Of a stretch of DNA of 64,000 nt, positions 39,819 to 53,540 are shown piece after piece. Position numbers and translations under genes: made by a program. Numbering within the stretch: position 1 is the first letter of the stretch; every line of letters begins with the position of its first letter. The notes beneath the pieces are model-generated. The model was not told the origin of the DNA, ran no database searches, and saw nothing but the letters and a program-made list of their open reading frames with translations. This stretch comes from the human T2T-CHM13v2.0 reference genome, Homo sapiens, in assembly GCF_009914755.1 (NCBI RefSeq), contig NC_060942.1; one strand, 5' to 3'.

Positions 39819-40119
39819 CTCTGCTTTGCCCTATGTTTACAGGTTACTTAGGAAAATTTTATTCTATTTGATGACATGTGTAAGAGTTAATCATCTTTAA
39901 AGAAAAAAAGCTACAAAATTGAGGAGGAAGCCCGGAATGTAAAATGTAGAACCCACTGATGCCACTTCATCTGTCTCATAGTACTGTGAGGTCTAGATAT
40001 AGAGGAATAGAGAAAAGTTTCAAAAATATCACAGAGAAAACATTTTGAAACATTGATGAACATGGTCCCCTTAATTAGGATTTACTTCAGTAAACCAAAC
40101 ACTTTTTGTAATATGTTTA

Positions 40120-40298
40120 GCTGAAATGGATTTACTGTAGATATATCGAAGCTAAGGTTTTCAGGAATCCTAACTTGCATGACAGTCTCCCAAGCACTCT
40201 ATCTAATTTCTTATTTGTATTTTTGTATTCTTTTTACTAAAGAGTTCGTCTCTGCAAATGCATAAGCTTCAGGTTCCACAGAAATTAATTTACCCCTG
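40120..40298 (+). mobile_element. MER53-like hAT MITE
   Basis: 'tggatttactgt..gaagctaag..ctaatttcttatttgtatttttgtattc..taaagag..ataagcttcaggttccacag..cccctg'. Confidence 0.75.
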
Positions 40299-41029
40299 TG
40301 TTTGTTAAAGCAGAGGGATATAAACTATGAGAATGTCATAGTTCTTTCTCTGTAAAAAAATGTTTATGAAGTGACAGGCATACACAAATATGCATACTTG
40401 AAAGGGAATACGTTCAGTGCAATGGGAAAGTCAAATAAAGTGGCAAGTGGACACAGTGAGGCTATTTTCATTTGTGTGGCAATCTTGACTTCATGGAGAA
40501 AATGACTTCAGACTATGAAAAATGAAAATATTTTGTTATGCAAAATGAACATTTGACATTCCAGGCAAAGGAAACAGCAAACAATGTTCAAGGATCAATA
40601 AGCAGTAGGGCCTGGGATTGAAAAGCGGGTTAGGATACATTCATGGAAAGCTTTTTTTTCTTATTTTATGTATCATAGAAAATTTCAAATACATACAAAG
40701 TAAAAAGAATAGTATTAGGCAGCTTCTTCACCACCTCTTCTAATATCGGTAGACCCTTTTAAGGAAAATGCAGATCCAAAAACTGAGTTAATCTTTCTAA
40801 ATTACTCCATTGTCCTAATATTTTACCCATATATTCCCACTTCATTATAACTGTCTAATACCTTTAAGAAGGAAAGCATTTAGTCCACTTTTTCTAATTG
40901 TCTTATTGTAAAGGTTTATTTGAATACTGAAAGCAGAAATCCTGAAAACTTAATTTTTATGTGGAAAAAAAGCAAAATCCATATACACGTTACCTGGGAT
41001 CATACCTCAGAAAACAATCAAAGCAAATG

Positions 41030-41430
41030 GGTAGCGTGGTTACTGATTGAGTAATTAGAAATGATACGGTTTTAATCCCATCACAAATTTTAATAACTAT
41101 GAGTCTTTGTGGAAATTACTTTATTTCTCTCAGTCTGACATTATCGTGATGAAAGTGATGTCTGTTTTCACACATAGTGGTAGCCTGTTAATAGGAACTT
41201 GCATGCATTGAACATTTACTATGGGCCAAGCATCATTAAACACTTTTCATGCATTATCTCAAGTACTTTTTGCAAACTTCTGAGATATTAATGCTTTTAA
41301 CATGACATTTCAGATGAAATATCTTGCACAAAGATTTTTTAGTAATTAACACAAGCAAAGCAATGCCAAAGGTTAAATCCAAGTTCACACTTCAGTGCAA
41401 CTCAGTCACCACTGTACCAGATTGCCTTGC
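41030..41430. mobile_element. Two MIR fragments (+ ~41030-41170; - ~41195-41430)
   Basis: 'ggttttaatcccatc..ataactatgagtctttgtggaaattacttta' and 'cattgaacatttactatgggccaagc..ttttcatgcattatctca'. Confidence 0.65.
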
Positions 41431-42489
41431 CATACCAGTCTTCATACATGATTTTTTTTCTTGTTCCTTCCAAAGCACTCATATATAGTTAGTTTTGTTT
41501 GCCTTGCTTTGCTTCACAAAATAGTAGGGTGTGAATTATTATTATACTCTTCACTGGACCCTGATGATTAACTTTCTAAACTTACTTTTTGACAATCCTC
41601 ATAAAATTGTCACATGATTTAATCAATCTCCCAAGAAATTTGGAAAAATAGAGAAATTGCCAATATATACTTTAAAAAACTTAAACTGCTAACAGATTTA
41701 CAATGCCTTTTTTGCTATTTTATCATTTTGAGTCCTTGCTTATACCAAGCCAAATACCTTTCTAATGAAACTTTGGTCTTATGGGTTTTCCCAACCTTCC
41801 TGCAATATAAGCTAGCTTTCTTTATTTTTTAACCTTAAAACTGACATTAGCTGGGACTGACTCAGTTTTGTATCTTTACTGACAAATCTATATTAACAAC
41901 AACATCAATACTGTATTAAACCTGAACTATGGGAATAATTTGTAATCATGCCAAAATTAATAACATTGTGTATCACCCAGAGAGACTCTCAGGGAGGAAA
42001 GTGAAATGGTTATTAACTTGGGTTATTATTGCAGTATTATGGACATTTAAATAGGCTATAATTCTGGAAATTTAAAGGTCAGTTTGATTTATTCAATTTA
42101 GTTCATCATATGTTTGGAAAACTAATTAAAATCACAAACAACATAGATATAACATTTTTGATGGCAAGTCAGAGCCTGAATTCTGAGACACAGCAGGGAG
42201 CCAACTCACTGGGCATGGAGGACACTCCTTGTGGATGAAAGGGACTCATTCTCCCATTCCTGAAATTGGGTCTAGGAAGGCAAGTTGGGAGGGAGCCTCT
42301 TTTTCTAGATGTATAAGCTTCGTCTTCATGGATTTCTTAAATCAAAGCACTATACCTGAAATGCCCATATGACTATAAGATTGGCACTAGAGATACTGAA
42401 GTACTGCCTTTTAAAATATTTAAAGATCTAAAAGACTTCTCTCTTCAACTGCCTTTTCAGTGTCTCACGTTTGCTCTCACTGGAAAGCA

Positions 42490-42789
42490 TTTTTTTGTTT
42501 GTTTTTTTGAGACAGAGTCTCACTCTGTTGCCAAGCTGGAGTGCAGTGGCATGATCTCGGCTCACTGCAGTCTCTGCCTCCCAGGTTCAAGCCATTTTTG
42601 TGCCTCAGCCTCCTCAGCAGCTGAGACTACAGGTGCCCACCACCATGCCTGGCTAATTTTTGTATTTTTAGTAGAGACGGGGTTTTGCCATGTTGGTCAG
42701 GCTGGTCTCGAACTCCTGGCCTCAAGTGACCTGCCCACCTCCACCTTCCAAAGTGCTGAGATTACAGGCATGAGCCACGGCAACCGGCC
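42490..42789 (-). mobile_element. Alu (AluSz/Jb-like)
   Basis: Full antisense dimer with T-rich tail at the left end. Confidence 0.95.
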
Positions 42790-45700
42790 CAAAATCATTT
42801 GTTTTGTTTTAAATAATTACTGTCTGGAGAAGAATGAGGTGGTAAATGCCTTTGAAAGGTAATATCTTGAGTTGTGTTCATTTTATAACAAAGTTTTATA
42901 GGGCGAGGAAGTAGTATAGGACAGTGAAGCCTGAAAATACAAGGAATAAAAGAAAGATGGATGCAAGAACTTGAAAGTGAGGTAATACTAAAAAAAAAAA
43001 AATGCAATAAATGGATCATGCCAAAGTAAACTGGGGAAGAAAAAAGGGAGTATTTTTTTCCAACTGGTATTAAAATGGAACATTACACATGCCTCTTTTT
43101 CATGTAGTATCTAGCCATAGTCTGAGGGAGAAAAATTCAGACATGGCTATTAGTATCAATGGCATAAAGAAATATGGGAGATGAAATACCAGTATAATTA
43201 AAGGGCAATACATAAAGAAAATGTGAACCAGGTCTTTGGACCATCTTAATGGATATGACTGGAAGGAAATGAAATAATAGATTGGAGACCAACTTTCAAG
43301 GTACCCTCAACATTTAGCTGCCTTACATGACTGTAATTATCAAGCTATATCTTATAGCCAAATGGCTTCCAAAGAGTCCTTAAATTATTGGGATGACAAC
43401 TTTATGATCCCCAAAGCAGAAACTTCAGCCACTGGAGTATCCACTTTAGGTTGACTGCCTGGTGACAAGAAGGGACTGATGGAGGGTAGGAAAAATGAAA
43501 GAAAGGGAACAGTGAGCTACTAACCATTGGGCCAGGTTGATAAGTCTGTTAACTGTAGACATGGTATCTCTAGACATTTTCCAGGAGAATTTTCCTGGCT
43601 AAGTATAAGAATACTACGAAAATAAACTCATAGCTGCTTTCTAAGGAGCTATCATGTGTTCCGTATGGTGTGATTGTAAGACTTCTATGTATTTATGAAA
43701 CATTCCTTTTAACCCACCTACAATTTTAATGCATCCAGCACGTGAGTAGAAAGGATAGTGTAAAATATGACACATTCTTAAATTTAGAGCTTGTAACTTA
43801 ATAGAAAAAAATTAACTACATAGAAATATTAGAAAGTAAGACCAAGTTTTCTTTAATACAATTTTGCATTCCATATATTCAGAAGTATAAATATGGGGGT
43901 ACAAACCATATTGTTATGGACAAAGGATGTTATAACTTATCTGTTGTCAACTGGAAAGGGTAAAGTAGGAAACACAGTTAAAATAAGCATTTACTCTATT
44001 TTAAATCATCTCACATATGAAGTAATGTTAGTCATATTCATAACTGACAATTAAATGAAAGATTATAGGAGGGAATAATCTATAAATTATACTAAAGATA
44101 TATAAAAAATAAAAGTAAATGAGAATATTTTGGGGAAAACAACCTCATATCCAAGAAAATCCAAACCTCAGTTGCTATCTACAACTATAAATAGAAAGAT
44201 AGACGAGATGAATAGTTACTCAGTTTTTTACCACACTTGTGTTCTTGCAATGCACATATTATCATGTCAGGTACTATCTGCCTGCCTTTTAGAACTTAGG
44301 ATGTAAGGAACTTATGTCAAGTTGTTAAAAGTACAAGAATAAAGGGAACTGCATAATGCTGACACGCCAAAAGACTGAAGAAAAAAGCAAAGTTGGGCAC
44401 CAAAAAGAAGGATGAAATTATTGTGAACTACGTTCGCCAGATAGGAATTCATAATGGAAAAGAGTTTTGAGATGGGCTTTGATGGATAATTAGGATTAAG
44501 GCAAGTCAAGGGAGTATGCTCACTAGAAAGGTATTTTGCACTGACAATTTGTGAGATTCCATAGCACAGGATTTCACCTGCATATTTCTGATATACCAGA
44601 TACTAAGTATCACAGTGTGAGGTTGTCTATTGCAATATAGAATTTCTTGTAGCTACCCCCAAAATGTGATTCATACTGACATAATGCCCTTTGATTTACC
44701 TGTTACTATTACCTATCTTCAGCCATTATCTACTTTGGCTGAGCTTTTAGTATAGACAAGTCAAAATTTACATGGATTAGGACTAATGCTATACATATGG
44801 GAAACATTGTCACCCTAACATGGACTACCAATGTTACAGATTTGAAGTGGATAAGGGTATTGGAAGTCATATCAAGTTGTATTGGCAAGCATGTTACTTT
44901 AAACTTAGTCTCTATTCCTTTTGATTTTTAAGGCTATGAAACGTGTTTTCCTCTAAGTGGGCTGTTTAAGAAAAAGAAGTACTGTCACCTTTTCACTCTG
45001 AACTTGCTCTGGGGTAAAGCAATTGCCTTCTTCAATCCCATCAGTACAGGACATTACAAAAGTAGTTGCTTAAGAAATATCTGTTATGTAAATAAATATC
45101 ATGTTAAGCCAATGTTTTCTCCTCTAAATTGATGCATTCAACCATAAGCATAAATTGAACAGATGAACAAGTGAAGAAAATTGAGAAATTGAACAGTTTA
45201 TGAGTTTTTATCATAGGTCTATTTCCAAATCAAGGGATTTTTATTTTATGATAATGTTACTAGGATGTTCATAGCATTGAGAACTCATGTTTCTATATCA
45301 CAGATTGAGGATATATTGAAGAATATCTGCTAAATGTAGATTTCCTCAAAATGGTAGAAAATATATTAAAATGAACATGTGTCCACGGGGAAAGCAAGAA
45401 AGCAGGGTTTTCTGTGAAAGGAAAACTATGCAATACTAATGAAAGAGAGTCACAGGACCACACTTGGTGGGAAACTAGAGCTAAGGACATGCTTAAGAAA
45501 TTCTCCTGTAGTGATTGGGAGTTACATATAAGATGATTTATGCCCAGAAGTGGTAACAGCTAGAAAGGGGAGGCCAGATGGAAGCACCTGCTGATTTATC
45601 AGGTGGAGTATCTCAGTGAAGTAACCTGGCTGATCAAACTCTCAGCATTCACCCAACCTAGGGCTAAGTATCACTTTTGAAGAGATTTGCCTCCAGCTAG

Positions 45701-45945
45701 ACCGGAAAGTACAGGATCTTGTGCTGAAGAGAAAGGCAATTCTCTGATTTGGTGGTGATGCCTAGGTACAGTGAAAAGCATCCATGCTTGGAATAGCCAC
45801 TGGTGAGGAATCTTACTTATTAGACTATTACACTATTACAGTTGGTGTACCATTGTCTCTAATACTTAGATTTCTCATTATCCTATCCTCACATAGAGCA
45901 GTGGCAACGACTACCAACTTTTACAAAGTGGACTTCACAAAGAGA

Positions 45946-46393
45946 TGTGGCACACTTTCACCCAAATCCATTTTGTGCCCTTCTCTATCCTCTACGGTGT
46001 TCCTAGAAGTTGACCAAAATAAAATGCATTACCCAGCCTTCCCTGACCCCAGGATTCTTGCTGGGCCCAGCCATTGAAAGAAAGTAGTAGGGGAGGAGAG
46101 GGCTGAAAGAGAGGTTGAGGTGTTTGTGTCTTTTTAATCCCTCAGTTTGATGAAGCTGTCAGTGGCTATATTCCTCTAGGGCTCTAACTCTTGTGGATGA
46201 TGCATCTCAATTTTTCCAGCTTCTAGTAACTCCAGTTTCTCTCTTTGATCCTTCAGGCATAGAGAGATGATTTCTACTGTCTCTTGTCCTGGGCTGTTTC
46301 ACTGTTACCTGGTGATACCTGACCTTGCCCACACTTCTGTAAATTTCCTTTTAAACTGTACTGTCTTTTCCTACAGGGACCCTAACCAATAGA
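45946..46393 (+). mobile_element. ERVL LTR (LTR16-like)
   Basis: 'gagaggttgaggtgttt..gtggctatattcct..atccttcaggcatag..ccttgcccacacttctgtaaat..gggaccctaaccaataga'. Confidence 0.75.
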
Positions 46394-47470
46394 ATTATCA
46401 CTACCAGGAATACTACATCCCTTCATACTCTAAAATACTGAAACTGAGATAGAACTACTCATATTTTTGAATAACATACATAATCTCCATGAAGACACTG
46501 ATAATCTATGATTATAGTTATTAAAATTATCCCTGGTGATGATATGGAGTAAATTACAGATGGAGGGCAAAGTAAAGAGAGATTGAGTGATTGAGGCACT
46601 TAATTGCTACAGTGATAATGGTGATTACGTACGATGGGGTGGTGGAGCAACTGCTTCAACTGCACTAAAGGGCCTACAGAAAAAATATTTTTAAAAAGAA
46701 GCTTAAGGATTTAACCTCTTAACTCAAGGCATAAAGAATTGGAAAGACTTTAAGGTGGCATTAAGGGAATCCCTTCTTTTAACTACCAAGAAGGCATGGA
46801 TGAAAATCCAAAGACTTGAGATATGCATGGACACATTTCAGAGTTGCAATAGACATCACATAAAGTTTGTATGCTAAGTAAGGGTATTGGCTAGCGAAGA
46901 GTATGATCTGGAATCTGGCATGAAGAAATTTGGGTAGACAAAGATGAAATCTGAGAATTTTGAATGCTCATATCCGTCTCGAAGCTCTTCTCATAATCTG
47001 AGTAATCCAGTCTTCTTACGGGAAAAAAAAGAAAATTGAAAAAATTGTGAAATCACTAGAAGCAGTTGACTTACACATAGATACCCTTTCTCATAGCCCT
47101 CCAGTACCACTTTTCATTGCTTCTAGCACTGTAAGAAGGTAAATTCCAAACATGGAAGTAAAACAGTATTCTGGGAAGATGTAATAAATGCATTAGAAGA
47201 GTTGCAGGATCTTTCAAATTGGATTCCAAAAGGGTAGATCAGGCCAAATTTATTCAGATAGGAGGCACACCCTTAGGAGTCCTCATTTACTATATAGTTC
47301 AAGTACCTGGGAGTGTTGTTAACTGCTACTGAGTTGCTTACTTAAAGCCTTCATTCAACAATGTTCCATAGTCATTTTGGTTGAGGTGTCAGACTTGGGG
47401 ATGTATGCAGGAAAGAATCTGAAGGCTTAAGGAGATGGGATACTGGAATGGAATTTCTCATTTGTCCTTT
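46394..47470 (+). mobile_element. ERVL internal region (ERV3-16A3/ERVL-E-like), degraded gag
   Basis: Directly follows the LTR; 46878-46939 reads VRVLASEEYDLES/WHEEIWVD (frameshifted), similar to ERVL gag VRALIGKEWDPETWDGDIW. Confidence 0.7.
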
Positions 47471-47549
47471 GAGGTGGTGTTTTAAATCAAGCATTTGATG
47501 ATTCCAAATTGTGCTATTATGTTTTTATTTGACATTTCCTGTTAGAGTA

Positions 47550-48030
47550 TACATTGGTAAAGGTCTTGAGTGGAAACAAAGGACATACTCAAAAAGGGTT
47601 TTAACTGAAAAGAAAGCTAATAAAGAGACCTTTTAAAGGCATGTGGAAAGAGTTAAGGAAATCAGAAAAGAATGATGAGAAATCAGCAACCATAGGAAGA
47701 AATTACTACTCAAAGCCTGAAAAGCCAATAAGAGAAAATGGTTTGCCTTGTCTCTGAAGATGAGAAAAGTCAAGGGACAGCCTTTAGGAGCTGCAGCCAT
47801 GGAGGCTACAGCCAGGGAAGAATTGTAGCAAAGCAAGCAAGGAATGGGGAAATAAATACCTCTACTTCTCTCCTCCTACACTCTAGTCTTTTGATAATAC
47901 CTCCCCATACACAGAAGCTGGGTCCAAGCATCCTGAGTGACTGAGCCCATAGAGGTGAGCCTCACAGGTATACAGTAGCAGAGAGAAAGGTAAAGACTGT
48001 ATCCGGGGAATACAGAGAATAACCAGAACA
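47550..48030 (-). mobile_element. ERVL LTR (LTR41-like)
   Basis: 'ggaaacaaaggacatactcaaaaaggg..taataaagagacc..agagttaaggaaatca..aaataaatacc..cttctctcctcc'. Confidence 0.6.
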
Positions 48031-48443
48031 ATCTGCTACCTTTGCCATTCAGATCAAGACTTTTTTTGACACTCATGTGATTTATCAACTCAGTTTTTTT
48101 GTCCAATAAAAATCTATACACTTAGAAATTAAGCAGCTAAAATCTGTAAGCCCATGCATGCACACACAAAAACACAGACACACGTTTAAATAACACACTG
48201 TAGAGTCAATGAAAACGGAAATAACTATTTATAATGAATGATGCATGCACAACATATCGAAACCAGTAGGAAGCAGGTAAAAGAATACCTGAAGAAAACC
48301 TGAAGACTCAAATTAATTTACTGGAAAGAAAATGATGAACTCAGGGGAAAATAAAAATGCTAATATTTTCAGATAATGTGCTTATCACTTTGAAAAAGTA
48401 ATATAACTAAAAGGCAAAATTTACTTTTAAGTAAGTTCAGCAA

Positions 48444-48737
48444 TTTATTTATTTATTAAAAAAATTTTTTTTTGAGATGGAGTCTCACTCTGTTGCCCAG
48501 GCTGGGGAGCAGTGGTACAATCTCGGCTCACTGCAGCCTCTGTCTCCCAGGTTTAAGAGATTCTCCTGCGTCAGCCTCCTTGAGTAGCTGGGATTACAGG
48601 TGTGTGCCACCACACCTGGGTAATTTTTGTATTTTTAGTAGAGACGGTGTTTTGCTGTGTTGCCCAGGCCGGTCTCAAACACCTGGGCTGAAGTGATCCA
48701 CCCACCTTGGCCTACCAAAGTGCTGAGATTACAGGTG
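48444..48737 (-). mobile_element. AluJb-like, missing first ~20 nt
   Basis: Antisense dimer ending at 'gattacaggtg'; J-type 'tgttgcccagg..ctgggct.aagtgatcc'. Confidence 0.93.
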
Positions 48738-50895
48738 CAGTGTTTATATATATGATAAACTTTAAATATTAGTGAAAATTTAACAATACCAGCAATAATC
48801 AACTAGAAATTCTAAGTAAAAAATAAAGTACAGTTCACAATGGCAACAAAACTACAATGCATCTAAGAGTTTACTTAACAAAAAAAAATAAGATTTCTTA
48901 TTAAAAAGTTTAGCATGTAGAAGTGCACAGAAGATAATTTGGATAAAGAAAGCCCATCTTGGACGGGGTGATTAACTATTATACACATGTAAACTATCTC
49001 TCATTTTAGTCTACAGTTACAATGTGATTCTATAAAAACATACAGTTAGATTTATTAAACTTCCTGAGCTTTAATATGAAATTTATATAGAATAATAAAA
49101 ATCTAGAAAGAAGTAAGTGTATTTGTTGAAAAAATCCTGAAGTTGATAGGAAAGGGTGAAAAATCATTAGAAATTAAGATGTAATATAAAGTTATAATAA
49201 AATGATAAAACAAAACAATATAGGTTTGTTATAAGGAATAAAAAATAGGCCAGTAAAGTATCATGAGTAAAACAGATATTGATTCAGATGTATTTGAGAG
49301 TATTATATATAATAAAGGTAGCACCACAAATTAATGGGGGGAAAACAAATTCTTAGACAATTCTGGAAAATGATTTACTTTATGAATAAAACTGGATTTG
49401 TACTTTACATACAAATTTGGATCCTAGTTTAAAATTCTACATATAAAAATAAAAGTATCAAGACATTAGAAAAGTGTAAGATCACAATGCTTCTGTGATG
49501 TATGGTTGACAGATACTTCAAAAATAAAAATATAAAAGCACAAACCATAAGGGATTGAAAGATATAGCAATATAAAGGATAATATGTATGACAAAGTGGA
49601 GTTTATTCTAGGAATATGTTGGCTTAACATTCAAAAATCAAACAAATCAACCTTAATGGAACAAAAGAGATTAAAAACATATGATCTTAGTAGAGACAGA
49701 AAGATATTTGATAAAGATCAACATACGCTTATGTTAAAAAAGGAAAAAAAAAAACTCTCAGCAAATTAGGATTGGAAGGAAGATCCCTCAATCTGATAAT
49801 ATCTACAGATAATATCACATTTAATAGTTAAAAACTGAGTAATATACCCCCAGGATAGGAAACAAGGCAAAGTTGTTTGCTTTCACCACTTGAATTTTAC
49901 ATTTTATAAAAAGTGCTAATCAGTGCAATAAGGTATGAAAAAGAAAGAAAAGGCATGCATATTTGAAATAAAAAGTAAAGCTGTTTTATTTGCAGATAAT
50001 AATGTGTAAATTCCTAGACAACTTACCAAAACCTAATAAAGGAATTTAGCCAGGTTGCAGGACACCAACTCACTCTAAAAATCAACTAGATCTCTATATT
50101 TTTGAAATGACCTATTGGAAAATAAAATTAATAATTACTATTTACTATAGCATTAAAAACAAGTAGTTAAGTATAGATTTAACAAAATATGAGTAAAACC
50201 AATACACTAAGAAGTACACAACATTCCAAAAAGATACTGAAGACTTTAAAAGATGGAGAGATACACCATTATCTTAGATCAGAAGGCTCAATATTGTTAA
50301 GGTATAATTTCTCCCCAGATTTGTCTATAGATTCAACATGAGCCTAATCAATTTCTCAGCAAGATTCTTGTAAAAATTAACTGATTCTAACATTTATGGG
50401 CACATACAAAGGATCTATAATTACCAAAACAACTTTTAGAAAAAGAATAAAACTGGAAGACTTACACTGCTTGATTTCAAGTTTATTACAAAGCCACATT
50501 AATCAAGAATTTGCTTTTGGTTTAAGAACTAAGGTATAAATTAATGGACCAGCAGAGTCAGAAAATATATATACAAATATGTATAATTGTGTATATCGAT
50601 GTGTGCACATGGATGTGCTGGACAAATATCAATGTTAAGAAGTGAGGCTATTGAACATGTGGTGCTGGGCCAACTGGGTATTCTCCTGGGAAAAGAAATA
50701 AATCTTGACCTTTACTTCATACAATTTATAAGAATTTACTTTAAATGTTTCATGAATTTAACCCTAAAAGGTAAAACTGTAAAACTTCTAGAAGAAAACG
50801 TAGAGAAAGTCTTTATGAAATTGTAGTAGGGCAATAATTTCCCAGAACTATAAATGAATATAAAGTGATAATTTGACAATCAGAATTCTAAAATA

Positions 50896-51337
50896 TTTTT
50901 CTTTTTTTTTCTTTTTTTAAATTATACTTTAAGTTTTAGGGTACATGTGCACAATGTGCAGGTTAGTTACATATGTATACATGTGACATGTTGGTGTGCT
51001 GCACCCAGTAACTCGTCATTTAACATTAGGTATATCTCCTAATGCTATCCCTCCCCCCTCCCCCCACTCCACAACAGGCCCCGGTGTGTGATGTTCCCCT
51101 TCCTGTGTCCATGTGTTCTCATTGTCCAATTCCCACCTATGAGTGAGAACATGCGGTGTTTGGTTTTTTTGTCCTTGCGATAGTTTGCTGAGAATCCATG
51201 TCCCTACAAAGGACATGAACTCATCATTTTTTATGGCTGCATAGTATTCCATGGTGTATATGTGCCACATTTTCTTAATCCAGTCTATCATTGATGGACA
51301 TTTGGCTTGATTCCAAGTCTTTGCTATTGTGATAGTG
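50896..51337 (-). mobile_element. L1PA (PA4/5-like) 3' end, 5'-truncated
   Basis: Poly-T then 'ttatactttaagttttagggtacatgtgcacaatgtgcagg...ccaagtctttgctattgtg'; ~18-nt internal deletion at 'gagaat|ccatgtcc'. Confidence 0.95.
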
Positions 51338-51543
51338 TTAAAAAAATTCAAAGTCAAGCCATAGATTGGGAAAGAATATTTGCCAAACAAATCTAACAAA
51401 TGACTGATACGCAAAATATGAAAAGAACTCTAACAATGGAATAGTAAGAAGACAAACAATCCAGTGAAAGAATGGCAAAGTATTTGCATAAACACTGCAA
51501 AAAATAAGGTACATGAATAGTCAAAAACACATTAAAAAGATGT

Positions 51544-51891
51544 TAATATGATTTGGCTGTGTCCCCACCCAAATATCAACTTGAATTTTATCTCCCAGAA
51601 TTTCCCCGTGTTGTGGGAGGGACCCTGGGGGAGGTAATTGAATCATGGGGGCTAGTCTTTCCTATGCTATTCTCGTGATAGTAAGTCTCACGAGATCTGA
51701 TGGGTTTATCATGGGTTTCTGATTTCGCTTCTTCCTCATTTTTCTTTTGCCGCCACCACGTAAGAAGAGCCTTTTTGCTTCCCTCATGATTCTGAGGCCA
51801 CTCCAGCCATGTGGAACTGTAAGTCCAATTAAACCTCTTTCTCGCCCGTTTCAGGTAAATCTTTATCAGCGCATGAAAACGGACTAACACA
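51544..51891 (+). mobile_element. THE1A-like MaLR solo LTR
   Basis: 'atatgatttggctgtgtccccacccaaat..ccagccatgtggaactgtaagtccaattaaacctc..aaacggactaacaca'; perfect TSD GATGT 51539-51543 / 51892-51896. Confidence 0.95.
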
Positions 51892-52209
51892 GATGTTCAG
51901 CATTATTAGTGTTCAGGGTAATTCAAATTAAAATCGCAATGAGATTCCAAAACATACCTACTCAGTGTAATAAAACTTAAAACTCCAATCAGGTCCTGGC
52001 AATGCTATAGGGAAAATAATATCCTCTGTCTTTGTCAGCAGAAGTGTAAAGTGATTAAACTACTTTGGAAAACATTCTAGTAGTTTCTAATAAATGTGCA
52101 TTTTATTCATACATTAAAAGGTGTTTATAAAAAAATGATAAATTCTTTTTTATAAAAAGATGTATAAAATGCTCAGTCCCTTCATATTTTCTGCTGATTG
52201 TTGATGTTC

Positions 52210-53540
52210 TCTTAAAATTTACATTAAAAATTATGCATATTTATGGTGTACAAGATGATGTTTTGAAATATGTTTATATGATGGAATATGTTTATATGAA
52301 GTCAAGCTAATTAGCATATGCATTACCTCATATACTTATTTTTGTGATGAGAACACAAAATCCACTCAGTAATTTCCGAGTATATATTACATTGTTATTA
52401 ACTATAGTTACTATGCTGTAAATAGATCCCTTAAACTGTATTGCTCCTGTCTAACTGAAATTCTGTACCCTTTGACCAATATGTCTCTAACCCTGCCTGT
52501 GATAACCACCATTCTACTCTGCGTCTATGAGTTTGTTTGTTTGTTTTTTAGTTTCCACATTAAAAAACTATGTGAGAATGCAGTATTTGTCTTTCTGTGC
52601 CTCACTAATTCCACTTAACATAATGTCCTCCAGGTTCATTCATTTTGTGGAAAATGACAAGATTTCCTTCTTTTCAGAGAATGAATAGAATTTCGTTTGG
52701 TATATGTATAATATTTTCTTTACCTATTCATTTTCTAATGAACACTTAGTTTTTTTTCATATTTTGGCTACTGTGAATAATCCTGCAATGAACATGAGAG
52801 TGGAGATATCTCTTTATTATTGTGATTTCATTTCCTTAGGATATATATGCAGTAGTGAGATTATTGGATCATATGATATTGAGAAAACTGGATATCCATA
52901 TACAGATGGATGAAATTAGATCCTTATCTCACACCATATATAAAAAGCAACTCAAAATGGATTAAACTCCTAAATGCAAAATATGAAACTGTAATGCAAC
53001 TAGAAGAAAACATGAGAGAAAAACTCCATGGCATTGGTCTAAGCAATGAGTTTTTGGATGTGAACCCAAAAGCACAAGCAACAAAAGCAAAGATAGATGA
53101 ATGGGATTACATAAAACTAAAGATCTCTGTACAGCAAAGAAAACAAACAGTAAGAAAGACAACCTATGGAATAGGAGAAAATATTTGCAGACCATACGTC
53201 TGATAAGGAGTTAATATCCAAAATATATAAGGAAGTCAAATTGCAAGAATACAAATAGGAGAAGAATCTGAATAGAAATTTTTCAAAAGACATGCAAATG
53301 GCCAAGAGGTAAAAGAAAAAATGTTCAGCATCGCTAATCATCATAGAAGTGTCAATTAGACCACAGTGAGATATCACCTCACACCTGTTAGAATGTCTAA
53401 TTATCAAAAATTCAAAAGATAACAAGAATTGGCAGGGATGGGGAGAAAGAGAAACCCTTGAACACTGTTAGTCAGTATAAATTAGTACAGTCATTATAAG
53501 AAAGAGTATAGAGATTCCACAAAAAAAAGAATATAACTAC
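52210..53540 (-). mobile_element. L1MA (MA6-8-like) with 5' inversion: 3' part on - (52210-52878), inverted ORF2 part on + (52879-53540)
   Basis: Minus segment stops at (rc) 'tatcatatgatcc'; plus segment runs 'ttgagaaaactggatatcc' to 'atataactac'; the two meet at adjacent consensus positions (..atagaactac|catatgatcc..). Confidence 0.85.

Noticed and set aside
51049-51070. G-quadruplex-like tract on the - strand
   Set aside because: Standard L1PA 3'UTR G-rich tract; well known and not locus-specific.
52124-52156. TTTATAAAAAA...TTTTTTATAAA inverted repeat
   Set aside because: Low-complexity AT sequence, expected by chance.
52910-53203. 97-aa [22 protein letters not shown]
   Set aside because: Degraded L1 ORF2p fragment inside the inverted L1MA; likewise 49584, 50587, 51016 and 54123.
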